NCBI GenBank assembly: GCA_900617105.1
Contig: UYFQ01000732.1
Coordinates: 124,001 to 188,000 of the forward strand
Reading direction: 5' to 3'
Origin: Hydrurus foetidus
Taxonomy: Eukaryota
Length of the DNA: 64,000 nucleotides
Shown here: positions 10,283-19,354 of the stretch, piece by piece
Layout of the letters: each line of letters begins with the position of its first letter
Numbering within the stretch: position 1 is the stretch's first letter
Notes under the pieces: generated by a model
What the model was told of the DNA's origin: nothing
What the model saw: only the letters and a program-made list of their open reading frames with translations
The model's database searches: none
Translations under genes and position numbers: made by a program

Positions 10283-11314
10283 TTACTTCAGCACCACCTT
10301 GGTCCAGCGCGCCACCCATTCAGCGCCCTTGGCCGCAATGTCGGCATCGCTGGGCGCGTTGAAGGCAGTAGGCTCGGGTGCGAACTTGAACGCGTCGGAC
10401 TTGGCCACACCGGCTTCGGCGGGGTACATCCACATCTCGGTCTGCATGCCCTGTTGCACTGGCACAGAACGCATGAACTCGACAAACTTCTCGGCTGCGG
10501 CGCGTTCCTTGCCGCCCTTCACCAGCGCTACGCCTTCGACTTGGCGGAACACGGCGCCTGGCAGGCTCAGGGATGCGGTGGGCGACTCAGCCAGCTTGGT
10601 CTTGGCGTAGAACACCTCGGCCGCCGGACTGGTGGCGTAGCTCACCACGATGGGGTGCTTGCCGCCGTTCTGGCTGAACTCGGTGTAGTAGGCCTCGGTC
10701 CAGCCCTTGGCCACCTTCAGGCCGTTGGCGCGCAGCTTGGCCCAGAAGTCAAAGGCCTTGTCTTCGCCCATGGCCCCAATGGTGGCCAGCAGGAACGCAT
10801 AGCCAGGGCTGCTGGTGGCAGGGTTTTGCACCACCAACAACTTGGCGTAGGCGGGCTGCGCCAGGTCTTCCAGCGCCTTGGGCACGGCCACACCATTCTT
10901 GGCGAACCAGGCTTTGTCGTAGTTCAGCGTTACATAGCCGTAGTCCACTGGCACCAGTGGCGCGGGCAGCTCGGCGGCGGGCTTGCGGCCTGCAGCAGCA
11001 CCGGCGTAGCTGTCCAGCACATCGGCGGCCAGCGCCTTGGGTGCCAGCGCGTTGTCAATGCCGTAGACCACATCGGCAATCGGGTTGACCTTGGTGAGGA
11101 TGAGCTTGTTGAGCATCTCGCCGGCGTCACCGGCCTTGGTGATGCGCAGCTTCACGCCATTGTCTTTTTCAAACTGCGCCAGCAACGGCTTGGGCACGGT
11201 GAAGGAGCTGTGGGTCAGCACGCGCAAGTCGGCAGCGTGTGCAGCGGTCAGACCGGCAGTTAGCAAGGCCGCGCCCAGTGTGGTCTTCAGAAACGAAAAA
11301 ATCCCGTGTTGCAT
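10283..11314 (-). CDS. thiB: Thiamine ABC transporter substrate-binding protein
   Basis: Signal peptide, THSSF, GIDN, PATSSPG, GWTEAY, VVSYATSPA motifs; TPP riboswitch upstream; start MQHG at 11314. Confidence 0.9.
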   Translation of the reverse strand: MQHGIFSFLKTTLGAALLTAGLTAAHAADLRVLTHSSFTVPKPLLAQFEKDNGVKLRITKAGDAGEMLNKLILTKVNPIADVVYGIDNALAPKALAADVLDSYAGAAAGRKPAAELPAPLVPVDYGYVTLNYDKAWFAKNGVAVPKALEDLAQPAYAKLLVVQNPATSSPGYAFLLATIGAMGEDKAFDFWAKLRANGLKVAKGWTEAYYTEFSQNGGKHPIVVSYATSPAAEVFYAKTKLAESPTASLSLPGAVFRQVEGVALVKGGKERAAAEKFVEFMRSVPVQQGMQTEMWMYPAEAGVAKSDAFKFAPEPTAFNAPSDADIAAKGAEWVARWTKVVLK

Positions 11315-11387
11315 GGTGTGCTCTCTTTCAATGCGCCAGCGACAGGTCGCATCAAAAACCAGCACCCGCAAGACGGGAGAGGCTTCT

Positions 11388-11461
11388 CACACTTCCTACG
11401 CTGGCATAACCCAGATCAGGTACATGGGGTATTTCTCAGTCCTTTCGGACACCCCCGGTGG
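11388..11461 (-). ncRNA. TPP riboswitch
   Basis: Minus strand GGGGTG...CTGAGAAATACCCC...ACCTGATCTGGGTTATGCCAGCGTAGGAAG matches the THI-box consensus, upstream of thiB. Confidence 0.95.
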
Positions 11462-11573
11462 AAGCGTGGATTGTAGGCCGAGACTAGCGTTACACACAGG
11501 CGATTACCATGACCGTCGCTGCGAGGCCAAGGCCGGTTACAGGCCACCAAACAGCTTAGGGAGGAAACCACCA

Positions 11574-13274
11574 ATGCATCGTCACCCCTGCGGGTCCGAG
11601 AGATACCGCCGCGCCTGTCGCTTCAGCCTGCAAACATTTTTTCTGCTCTGCGGATTGCTTTGCAGCATGTCTGCTGCGGCCCTTACAAAGACATGGGCCC
11701 CATTCGGCTACAGCATAGTCTCAGTTTTCAATTACCCATTCACCACTGCGCCGCAGTTATGGGCGTCTTACCAGGAAGTATGTGAGCGGTATCCCCCGCT
11801 CATCGGCTCGCCTGCCAGCAATGCTTGTTTCGAGCCGTCTGTAGGAGATTATTGCGTACCTAAAGGCGTCCCATGCTTATCGCCAGCGGGCAATCCAAAT
11901 GCATGGATTTATAACGATGACGCCATTTTTCCTGTCCCAATCTGCACCTATACCAACCTTACGACCGACCCACCCATCATCAGTACGCTCCCGCCCCGCA
12001 CCCGGAGTGTGCGCGGCCGGGTGGGCTGGAAGGCGGCCGCATCTGCATGCGGTTGCCTGGACTCCAGTAGCCGGCTTATGCCAGACGTGGTGCCCGACCT
12101 AAAAACAGGCTACTGCTACGACTTGTATGACTTCAACGTCGTAACCTCAAGAACCAAATACAAGCCCAGCGAAGCCAATGTGCCGATAACGGTGACTGCA
12201 GTGGTACACCGAAGCGATGGCACGCCGGCAGCAAACACCGCTATCACCCTCAGCGTTTCCAGCGCTGACGGCACGCCCGGCACCATCACCCCCGCCAGCG
12301 GCGTAACCGATGCCAACGGCGAACTCGCCAACAGCTACACCTTCCCGCAGTTCAGCAACAAGAAAACAGACACCATCACCGTGGGCTGCGACACCTGCAA
12401 TTTCAGCACAGGGCAAGTCGACATCACCATGTCGCCCACCGTCATTGGCTTCTTTAACGGGGTTTGGAATACACGACAAGCTGCTCAAAACGGCCTGGAT
12501 AGACTCAAGCGCGAGTTCGGCAGCAGTTACCAAAACGTGTCCGGCACCAACTACCAAGGCGCATCGCTCAAATACGATTGGTTCTATAACCAAACCGCTT
12601 GTGGCGACGGCATAACTGGCAAGATTGCTTGCTTGGAAGACGTCTTTGAAACCTTCGCCCAGCGCGACCAAGAGCTGGGCGGCGTGCTCTCCAACCGCTG
12701 GGAGGTGTTTTGGGAAATGCTCTCGGGCACCCATGCCCAAAGCACCTCACTCACTGGCACCTTGCTGGGCTGGTTGGGCGGGCTGGGCAATTCCCTGTTG
12801 CAGTTAATTGACTCCACCTTCAGCGCCATGGTCAATAAACTGGTCGCCCTGACCAACAACGCCGTGAGCAACCCGCCCACCGCTGCCAACGTTGCCACCC
12901 ACCTTGCCAAGCTTCAGAGTTATGTGGATGACGACTACACCCTGCTGCTGGTCGCCCACTCGCAGGGCAATCTGTTTGTCAACAAAGCTTATGACGGCCT
13001 GATGGCCGGCAGACCCAACGCCATTGCCAAGGTAGTGCATGTAGCCCCAGCATCCCCCACGCTGCGCGGAAAATATGTACTGGCCGACATTGACGCGGTC
13101 ATCAACGGCCTGCGTCTGAGCGGCATCAACAGTGTGCAACCCGTTAACATCAATCTACCCACCAGCAAAGCAGACCTCAGTGGTCACACATTTGAAGGCA
13201 CTTACCTAGATACGGCCCGTGCAGCCTACGCGCGGGTCAAGTTCTTGATTGCAGATGCCTTGGAATCGCTTTGA
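11574..13274 (+). CDS. Secreted protein: Cys-rich N-terminus, Big-1/invasin-like Ig domain, C-terminal alpha/beta-hydrolase (lipase-like)
   Basis: RBS GGAGG before ATG 11574; signal-like segment; GVTDANG Ig motif; nucleophile elbow LLVAHSQGN. Confidence 0.75.
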   Translation: MHRHPCGSERYRRACRFSLQTFFLLCGLLCSMSAAALTKTWAPFGYSIVSVFNYPFTTAPQLWASYQEVCERYPPLIGSPASNACFEPSVGDYCVPKGVPCLSPAGNPNAWIYNDDAIFPVPICTYTNLTTDPPIISTLPPRTRSVRGRVGWKAAASACGCLDSSSRLMPDVVPDLKTGYCYDLYDFNVVTSRTKYKPSEANVPITVTAVVHRSDGTPAANTAITLSVSSADGTPGTITPASGVTDANGELANSYTFPQFSNKKTDTITVGCDTCNFSTGQVDITMSPTVIGFFNGVWNTRQAAQNGLDRLKREFGSSYQNVSGTNYQGASLKYDWFYNQTACGDGITGKIACLEDVFETFAQRDQELGGVLSNRWEVFWEMLSGTHAQSTSLTGTLLGWLGGLGNSLLQLIDSTFSAMVNKLVALTNNAVSNPPTAANVATHLAKLQSYVDDDYTLLLVAHSQGNLFVNKAYDGLMAGRPNAIAKVVHVAPASPTLRGKYVLADIDAVINGLRLSGINSVQPVNINLPTSKADLSGHTFEGTYLDTARAAYARVKFLIADALESL

Positions 13275-13293
13275 TTGACAGGAGAGTCTTTAC

Positions 13294-13893
13294 ATGACAA
13301 CGAAACCCCAAGTAACAAGCACCATGCCATGCCACACCCTCGCCCGCGCAATCACCATGGCCACAAGCACATTGCTACTGTTCGCTTGTGGCGGTGCCAA
13401 CGGTAGCAGTGAAACCGCAAGCACCACCACCACCCCAACCAGCCGTACAGAGGCTGCCGCACTTAAAGTACAAATCCAGCAACTGGAGGCCAGCGGCAAG
13501 TTACCCAACCTGGACCGCTCCGCCAGCATTGCCGGGCCAGACGCCAACAACAACGGGGTGCGTGATGACATTGAGGCCTACATCGCTGCATTACCAGTTA
13601 CTCCATTGCAAAAGGCTGCTGCGATGCAGCATGCGAAAGTTTTTCAACAAACTTTAACAGTAGACTTAAAAGATACGGTCGCGCTAGATCGTATTGGAGC
13701 CCTAAATGCGCGGGCAATCAACTGCGCAGGCGACGTCTTTATGCCGCGATATCAAGACGGCTATGACTTGGGCAGCAAACTCGAAGCCATGACTGCTAAC
13801 ACCAAGGAGCGGGCCAAGCAGTATCTAGCCTACAACAGGGCTGTTTCAGGGACGACTGGAAGTATGCCAACGGGCAACACCTGCGACCCCTGA
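13294..13893 (+). CDS. Lipoprotein, putative immunity/partner of the upstream lipase
   Basis: Lipobox LFAC-GG; Ca-binding-like DANNNGVRDD motif; 19 bp downstream of the hydrolase. Confidence 0.7.
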   Translation: MTTKPQVTSTMPCHTLARAITMATSTLLLFACGGANGSSETASTTTTPTSRTEAAALKVQIQQLEASGKLPNLDRSASIAGPDANNNGVRDDIEAYIAALPVTPLQKAAAMQHAKVFQQTLTVDLKDTVALDRIGALNARAINCAGDVFMPRYQDGYDLGSKLEAMTANTKERAKQYLAYNRAVSGTTGSMPTGNTCDP

Positions 13894-13897
13894 CTCT

Positions 13898-14251
13898 ATG
13901 CGCTATTTGCCGCCCCGCACCCTGGCCCGTGCAATCACGATTACAGCAATATGCGCAATCTATGTAATGCGCTTTATCGCATTGGCGGTCGCGGTACCTT
14001 TTTTCTCGCTCGTAATAAACCCGACGGAAGAGGGGCACCCTTTGCTCGGTGCCACTGCAATGTTCGCGCCCCTCTTGGCGGTGGCAGCTGTAGCGTTTGC
14101 AATATTCAAAGCGCTCGACAAACTCCTTGTCTGGCTTCACATAAAAAGGTTAGAAATGGTGCGCTATAGGTCGTCCCAACCGGCAAACACCTGCGACCTC
14201 AGACGCCTGATGCTGATGCCCCACTACCCCGGCTTGGCCACCATCAGGTAG
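13898..14251 (+). CDS. Small membrane protein (2 TM)
   Basis: Two hydrophobic stretches; ends resemble those of the preceding lipoprotein gene. Confidence 0.45.
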   Translation: MRYLPPRTLARAITITAICAIYVMRFIALAVAVPFFSLVINPTEEGHPLLGATAMFAPLLAVAAVAFAIFKALDKLLVWLHIKRLEMVRYRSSQPANTCDLRRLMLMPHYPGLATIR

Positions 14252-14691
14252 AACACCACCAGCATGGCGATGAAAGCGGGATAGCCCAATGCCTCCCAGC
14301 GGCGCGCGTACTGCCAGTACAGATCCGGCAAGGGCTCATTCTTTTCATGCGCCACCTGCGCCATGTCGGCTATGCGCAGCTGCAGCGCCACCACGGGTGT
14401 CCAGCAAGCGCCGGTGAACAGGTACAGCGCCACCGTCACCAGCAACCACGGTGTGGTCCAGGGGTATCCGGCCAAATAGGCCATCCACACGCCAGTAATC
14501 GGTTGAATCACCACGGCCGGTGTGGTGAACCACCAGTCTGCCCGCACTACCAGGCGCGACACCACCGCCTGCGCGGCCACCACACCGCTGCGGTTGGCAT
14601 AGAACATGTAGAACGCCGTGCCTAACCCAGTGCCCACCAAAACCACGCTGGACAGGATGTGCACCCACTTCAGGAACAAATACAGGCTCAC
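14224..14691 (-). CDS. DUF2269-like integral membrane protein
   Basis: LKWVHILSS..GTGLGTAF, ADWWFT, YLMVAKP; GTG start 14691 with RBS GGAGG. Confidence 0.85.
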   Translation of the reverse strand: MSLYLFLKWVHILSSVVLVGTGLGTAFYMFYANRSGVVAAQAVVSRLVVRADWWFTTPAVVIQPITGVWMAYLAGYPWTTPWLLVTVALYLFTGACWTPVVALQLRIADMAQVAHEKNEPLPDLYWQYARRWEALGYPAFIAMLVVFYLMVAKPG

Positions 14692-14815
14692 TGCGACCTC
14701 CGCATCAATATCCACAACACCATTGCCATGGGCACGTTCTTGGTCAGGGGCCCCAAGGGATGCAGCCACAGGGCAGGCTGTAGCGCAGCCAGCGCGGCTC
14801 AGCGTGTCCCATGAA

Positions 14816-15934
14816 TCAGCCCTCTTCCACCACATCCGTCACCATGCCCCACTTCGCGAATTCAGGGTTGAACTCGCTGAGGGCATGCAGACCCACGCAG
14901 GCGCGTGCACCAGGCGGCATGGCCTCGCCCGCAGCCAGGCGGCGGGCCAGCAGGATGGCGGCCATGCAGGGGATTTCGGGGCCATGGTCGTTGTCGGCGG
15001 CGATGTGCCAGGCGCGCTTTACCGCAGCGCCGTTGCCATCCAAACCCGACACACGCACCACCATGCCGCCCAATGCAGAGCCCAGAGGGTCGAACACCTT
15101 GGCACCGACGTTCAGCAGTCTGGCCAGTGACGAAGGATTTTTAAGCAAGCCACGTTGTCGCAGCCACGCAAGAAACGCAAAGGCGCGCTGGGCCAGCCCC
15201 ACCTCCACCGCGGCACGAAACTCCATGCGATCTTGCACCTGGTAGTGCACCGGAAACAACTCCAGATCCGGGATGTCGCACACCGCACCCAGGCGGGACC
15301 GCAGGCGTTGGAACTGCACGCGTTGCAGGTCGCCCCAGCCGATCTGCGCCTGCCACTGCCCGCCGCTCCACACCTGCACCGGTGCGCCGCAATAGCTCAG
15401 CACCGCCTCCAGCGTGGCGACGCCGCGCGGTGCGGTTTGGGCCGGGGCAATGCAGACGTCGATGGCATCGATGCGCTGCCAGCCCTGGCACAGAAAGTTC
15501 ACCACTGCTGACGACAGCGCGGGCACCGTACTGGCGCCCGTGATGGCCACACGGTTGGCGGCCGCAAAAGGGGCGTGCATGGCACTGGCAAAGTCGCAGA
15601 CAAAACGCCGTCCATCGGCCAGGTCGATGTAATGCACGCCCCCTTGTGCACAGGCCTGGGCCACGGCATAGTCTTGCCCCTGAAACGGGCCCGCAGTGTG
15701 AATCAACAACTCCACCCGCTGGGCGCGCAGCGCTTGCGCAAAGTGCGAACCCCGCGCATCCATCGCCACGCCTATAGCCTGGCCCCCATGGGTCTGGCGC
15801 AGCGCGGTGGCAAAGGCGGTTGCGCGGGTAGCGTCGCGCCCACCCACCAACAGTTCGATAGACGAATCCGTGGCCAGCGCACGGCAGATGCGCGCACCAA
15901 AATTCCCATAGCCCCCCAGCACCAGTACCCGCAT
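14816..15934 (-). CDS. Saccharopine dehydrogenase-like oxidoreductase
   Basis: VLGGYGNFG Rossmann motif, HTAGPFQ, HYIDLAD, GASTVPALSS. Confidence 0.88.
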   Translation of the reverse strand: MRVLVLGGYGNFGARICRALATDSSIELLVGGRDATRATAFATALRQTHGGQAIGVAMDARGSHFAQALRAQRVELLIHTAGPFQGQDYAVAQACAQGGVHYIDLADGRRFVCDFASAMHAPFAAANRVAITGASTVPALSSAVVNFLCQGWQRIDAIDVCIAPAQTAPRGVATLEAVLSYCGAPVQVWSGGQWQAQIGWGDLQRVQFQRLRSRLGAVCDIPDLELFPVHYQVQDRMEFRAAVEVGLAQRAFAFLAWLRQRGLLKNPSSLARLLNVGAKVFDPLGSALGGMVVRVSGLDGNGAAVKRAWHIAADNDHGPEIPCMAAILLARRLAAGEAMPPGARACVGLHALSEFNPEFAKWGMVTDVVEEG

Positions 15935-15938
15935 GCAA

Positions 15939-17417
15939 TTAACCCAAGAAGCCGAGGTTCACCGGGTAGTCCGGCCGCTTGGCCATGTCGCCAAAATGGC
16001 GCAGGTTCGGCAAGATGGTGTGCAGGTCTTTGGCACCCACCCCAAACCAGCGCGCCAGCGTGGCGGCGTATTGGTCGACCGACGTGCTGGGCAGCAGGCG
16101 ACCCTGGCCCACATGCCACTGGTCTTGCGCGGCGCCGGTGTTGCCCACGCTGACCGGGGGCGGTGCGCCGTAAAACGCCTGGCCCTTGACCGCGCCGCCC
16201 ACCACGACGTGATGACCGCCCCAGCCGTGGTCGGAGCCGTCGCCGTTAGACGTGAGCGTGCGGCCAAAGTCGGATGCGGTGAAGCTGGTCACGCTGTCGC
16301 TCAGGCCCATCTCCTCCGTGGCCTTGTAAAACGCCGCCATGGCATCACTCACGCGGCCCAACAGCACGGGCTGCTGGGCGATCAGGTTGTCGTGCAAATC
16401 AAACCCGCCCAGTGACACCAAAAACACCTGGCGCTTGCTGCCCAGCACTGAGCGCCCTTTGATCAAACGGGCCACCATCTTGAGCTGGTCCGCCAGCGGG
16501 TTCTGCGCAGGAAACTCGGTTGCCAGCGGGCTGCCCGTGGGGCCGGCCTGGCTTTCTGCCAGCGCAGAGGTGATGTGCACCTCAGCCTCACGCGCACGCT
16601 GGGTGATGCGCACGTATTCGTTTTCCAGCATGTGGCTGCTGGGCTGCGAGATCATGGTGGAGAGCAGGTTTTTCACCGCCGCCGAGCCATACACCGCACC
16701 ATCGGTGGCGCCACGCACACGCACCGCGCCGCCGGTGCTGACCTGGTACTGCAAGGCCGCGTCACCCGACAGGAACACCGCATTGCCGGTAACCGACACG
16801 CAGGTGAACAAAGACTTCTGGTTGGACGCCATCGCCATGTCACCCAGGTGCCCGCCCCAGCCCACGGTGGAGCCTTCGGGCGAGGACGATTGCCAGATGG
16901 ACTGCTGGTCGTTGTGCGAAAACAGCTTGGGTGGCAGCGGGTAGGTTTTGCGGTCCGGGCTGTTGTACTGCTCCCGCGTGAGCGGCACCACCAACGGCCC
17001 CACGTTGAACTGCACCGCCGCCTTGCCCGCATTGAACAGATCGGCCAGCCCGGTCATGGACGGGTGCAGCGCGTACTGCCGCCCTCCTGCCAGCGGCGTG
17101 CGCGGTTTGAGCAGCGTGCGCTCCAGGTCGGCGCGCGCAATGGCAATACCGCCACCGGCCTCGCCCGCACCGCCGCGCACGGTGGCGTACTGCGCGTAGC
17201 TGGGTTCGTCATACGTGACCACGGTGTTGGCGTAGTCGTTGCCGCCGTAGAGAAACACGCACACCAGGGCCTTGTAGTCGTTGGCACCCGCGGCTGCGGC
17301 TTCGCCCAGCGCGGCCAAGTTCATGGCCATGGGCAAGGCGGTGCCTGACAGGGCCAACTGACCCGCGCGCTTGAGGAAAGCGCGGCGGCTATAGGGAGAA
17401 AGTTGCATCAGATCCAT
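15939..17417 (-). CDS. DUF1501 family Tat-exported protein
   Basis: SRRAFLK Tat motif, VCVFLYGGND, SDFGRTL..NGDGSDHGWG. Confidence 0.92.
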   Translation of the reverse strand: MDLMQLSPYSRRAFLKRAGQLALSGTALPMAMNLAALGEAAAAGANDYKALVCVFLYGGNDYANTVVTYDEPSYAQYATVRGGAGEAGGGIAIARADLERTLLKPRTPLAGGRQYALHPSMTGLADLFNAGKAAVQFNVGPLVVPLTREQYNSPDRKTYPLPPKLFSHNDQQSIWQSSSPEGSTVGWGGHLGDMAMASNQKSLFTCVSVTGNAVFLSGDAALQYQVSTGGAVRVRGATDGAVYGSAAVKNLLSTMISQPSSHMLENEYVRITQRAREAEVHITSALAESQAGPTGSPLATEFPAQNPLADQLKMVARLIKGRSVLGSKRQVFLVSLGGFDLHDNLIAQQPVLLGRVSDAMAAFYKATEEMGLSDSVTSFTASDFGRTLTSNGDGSDHGWGGHHVVVGGAVKGQAFYGAPPPVSVGNTGAAQDQWHVGQGRLLPSTSVDQYAATLARWFGVGAKDLHTILPNLRHFGDMAKRPDYPVNLGFLG

Positions 17418-17426
17418 GGGGTGCCC

Positions 17427-19250
17427 CTATTTTTGAACCAAATACTGTGGTGCGGCCATGGCCAGAAACACCGCCGCGGCCACGCGGTCCAGCCGCTTGT
17501 CCGGTGGGCTGGCTGCGGTCAGTGGCGTGGCGTTCAGCGCCGTCACCATTTGCCCTTGCAGCGCTGCTGGCAGTTGCCCCGCGCACAGCAGCAGGTTCAT
17601 GCGCGCCACCAGGGCTTTGGCGTCTGTGGCCAGCGCCAGCTCGGGGGTGTAGCTGGCTTTGATGTCATAGCCATTCTTCGGGTTCTTGGAGTTGCTCACG
17701 TTGTTGGGCAGGTCCGGGTCATTCACGTAAATGCCGTTGCGGATCACATTCTGCATAAAGTTCAGATAGCCGGCCACGCTGCTCTCGGTCACGATCTGGA
17801 ACTCGGGTGCGACGGCGCCCGTGGTGGCCATTTGCGTGGACGGCGGCACATAGCCGGGGCGGAAGAAGTTGAACACCGAGGGCGGGCGCAGCGGGCTCTG
17901 GCCCAGCTGGGTGGCGGGGTTGCTCAGGTCGCCAATCTTCCAGCTACCCTGGGCTGACGTGGCGCCAAAGGTGCGGCCCCACTGCACAAAACGCAGCATG
18001 GGCTCGCGCAGGCGGCCAAACTGGGACTGCTGCTGCCCCGCAGGGTTACGCGCCTCGTCGTCCAGCAGGATGGCGGCGAACACCGCGCGCAGGTCGCCGC
18101 GCACGCCGGCACCGTTGTCGGCAAACGCAGCCGACACCCGCGCCACATAGGCCGGGCTGGGGTTGCTGGTCACCAAGCGCTGGATCATCTGCCGGCCAAA
18201 GAAGGGGCCGACGTTGGGGTGGTTGAACAGCGTGTCCAGCGCCAGCTTCAACGCCTGCGGGCCGGGCGTGTTGACGGGAATGCTGGTGCCCAGAAACTGT
18301 ACCGGCAAGTCGGAGTGCCGATTGGCCGTCTGCGACATGCGTAGCTTGGCGAAGTTGGTGTTGCCCACCTTGCGTTTGCCTTCGGGGTCAAACGGTGTCA
18401 CTACGTTTTGCCGCTGGTCAAAGTCGTAGCCGGTGAACACGCGGGCCAACTGCACCACGTCGTTTTGCACATAGGTTTCCAGCCGCGCACCCGCAGCGTT
18501 GACCTTCTCCGTGCCATCGGGGTTGAGCTGGTGCAGGCCGATGGAGAACAGCTGCATCACTTCACGCGCATAGTTTTCATCGGGCACGCGGCCGGTGGCG
18601 GGGTTTTCCTTCTGGTTGCCCTTGGTGTTGAGGTAGTGGCCCATGGCGGGGTTCAGCGTCACGTCTTCCAGCAGATCGCGGAAATTGCCTACCGCGTGCT
18701 GCACCAGGGTGTCCCAGTAGTGCGCCATGACATGGCTACGCCAAGCCAGATCCAGCCCCGTGAGCGACACCACAAAGAACTCGGACAGCGCCAGCGCCAG
18801 CCGCTTGCGTACCGGGTCGGGCGAGGCCATGAGCTGGTTCCAGATCATGTAGTCGCCGGGGTAGAAGTGGTCGAAGTAACGCGTGTCGTTGGCAACGGTG
18901 CCGTAGCCACGCGCGTTCAGCCAGTCCCAGCCGGTTTGGCCCAGCGGCGCATCAAACTGCTGGGCCAGCCAGTCGGCATAGCCCTGCTTTTGCACCGCGG
19001 TAATCTCGGCGTCGGATGCAGAAAACTGTGCCTGCAACAAAAAGCGGGCGGCCGCTTCGGGCGTGCTGGCGTCGGTGTAGTGCTGGCTGGGCCGCTGCAG
19101 CGCCGCGCCACGGCCGTAGCGTGCCCCCGGAGCCGCGCAAGCCGCCAGCAAGGCGCTGAGCCCCGCTAACGCTGCGTGCCTGGCCCACTGGGGGGAGTTG
19201 GCTTGCGCCGTATCAACGGCTGCGGAATCGTCAAACGCGTCTTCAGTCAT
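17427..19250 (-). CDS. DUF1800 family protein
   Basis: PDENYAREVMQLFSIGL, LFNHPNVGPF, PPSVFNFF; canonical partner of DUF1501. Confidence 0.92.
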   Translation of the reverse strand: MTEDAFDDSAAVDTAQANSPQWARHAALAGLSALLAACAAPGARYGRGAALQRPSQHYTDASTPEAAARFLLQAQFSASDAEITAVQKQGYADWLAQQFDAPLGQTGWDWLNARGYGTVANDTRYFDHFYPGDYMIWNQLMASPDPVRKRLALALSEFFVVSLTGLDLAWRSHVMAHYWDTLVQHAVGNFRDLLEDVTLNPAMGHYLNTKGNQKENPATGRVPDENYAREVMQLFSIGLHQLNPDGTEKVNAAGARLETYVQNDVVQLARVFTGYDFDQRQNVVTPFDPEGKRKVGNTNFAKLRMSQTANRHSDLPVQFLGTSIPVNTPGPQALKLALDTLFNHPNVGPFFGRQMIQRLVTSNPSPAYVARVSAAFADNGAGVRGDLRAVFAAILLDDEARNPAGQQQSQFGRLREPMLRFVQWGRTFGATSAQGSWKIGDLSNPATQLGQSPLRPPSVFNFFRPGYVPPSTQMATTGAVAPEFQIVTESSVAGYLNFMQNVIRNGIYVNDPDLPNNVSNSKNPKNGYDIKASYTPELALATDAKALVARMNLLLCAGQLPAALQGQMVTALNATPLTAASPPDKRLDRVAAAVFLAMAAPQYLVQK

Positions 19251-19354
19251 GGGGCATTCCATGGCGGCCGGTGGCCGCACAACGGCGCCATGGTAACCAA
19301 GCTTGTGTCAACACTGTGTGAAGTTTGCGAGCCAGATGCGCTAGGCTCAGGCGC

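Noticed and set aside
11085..11573. N-terminal extension of the 729-aa ORF
   Set aside because: Overlaps thiB and the TPP riboswitch on the other strand; a good RBS and ATG occur at 11574.
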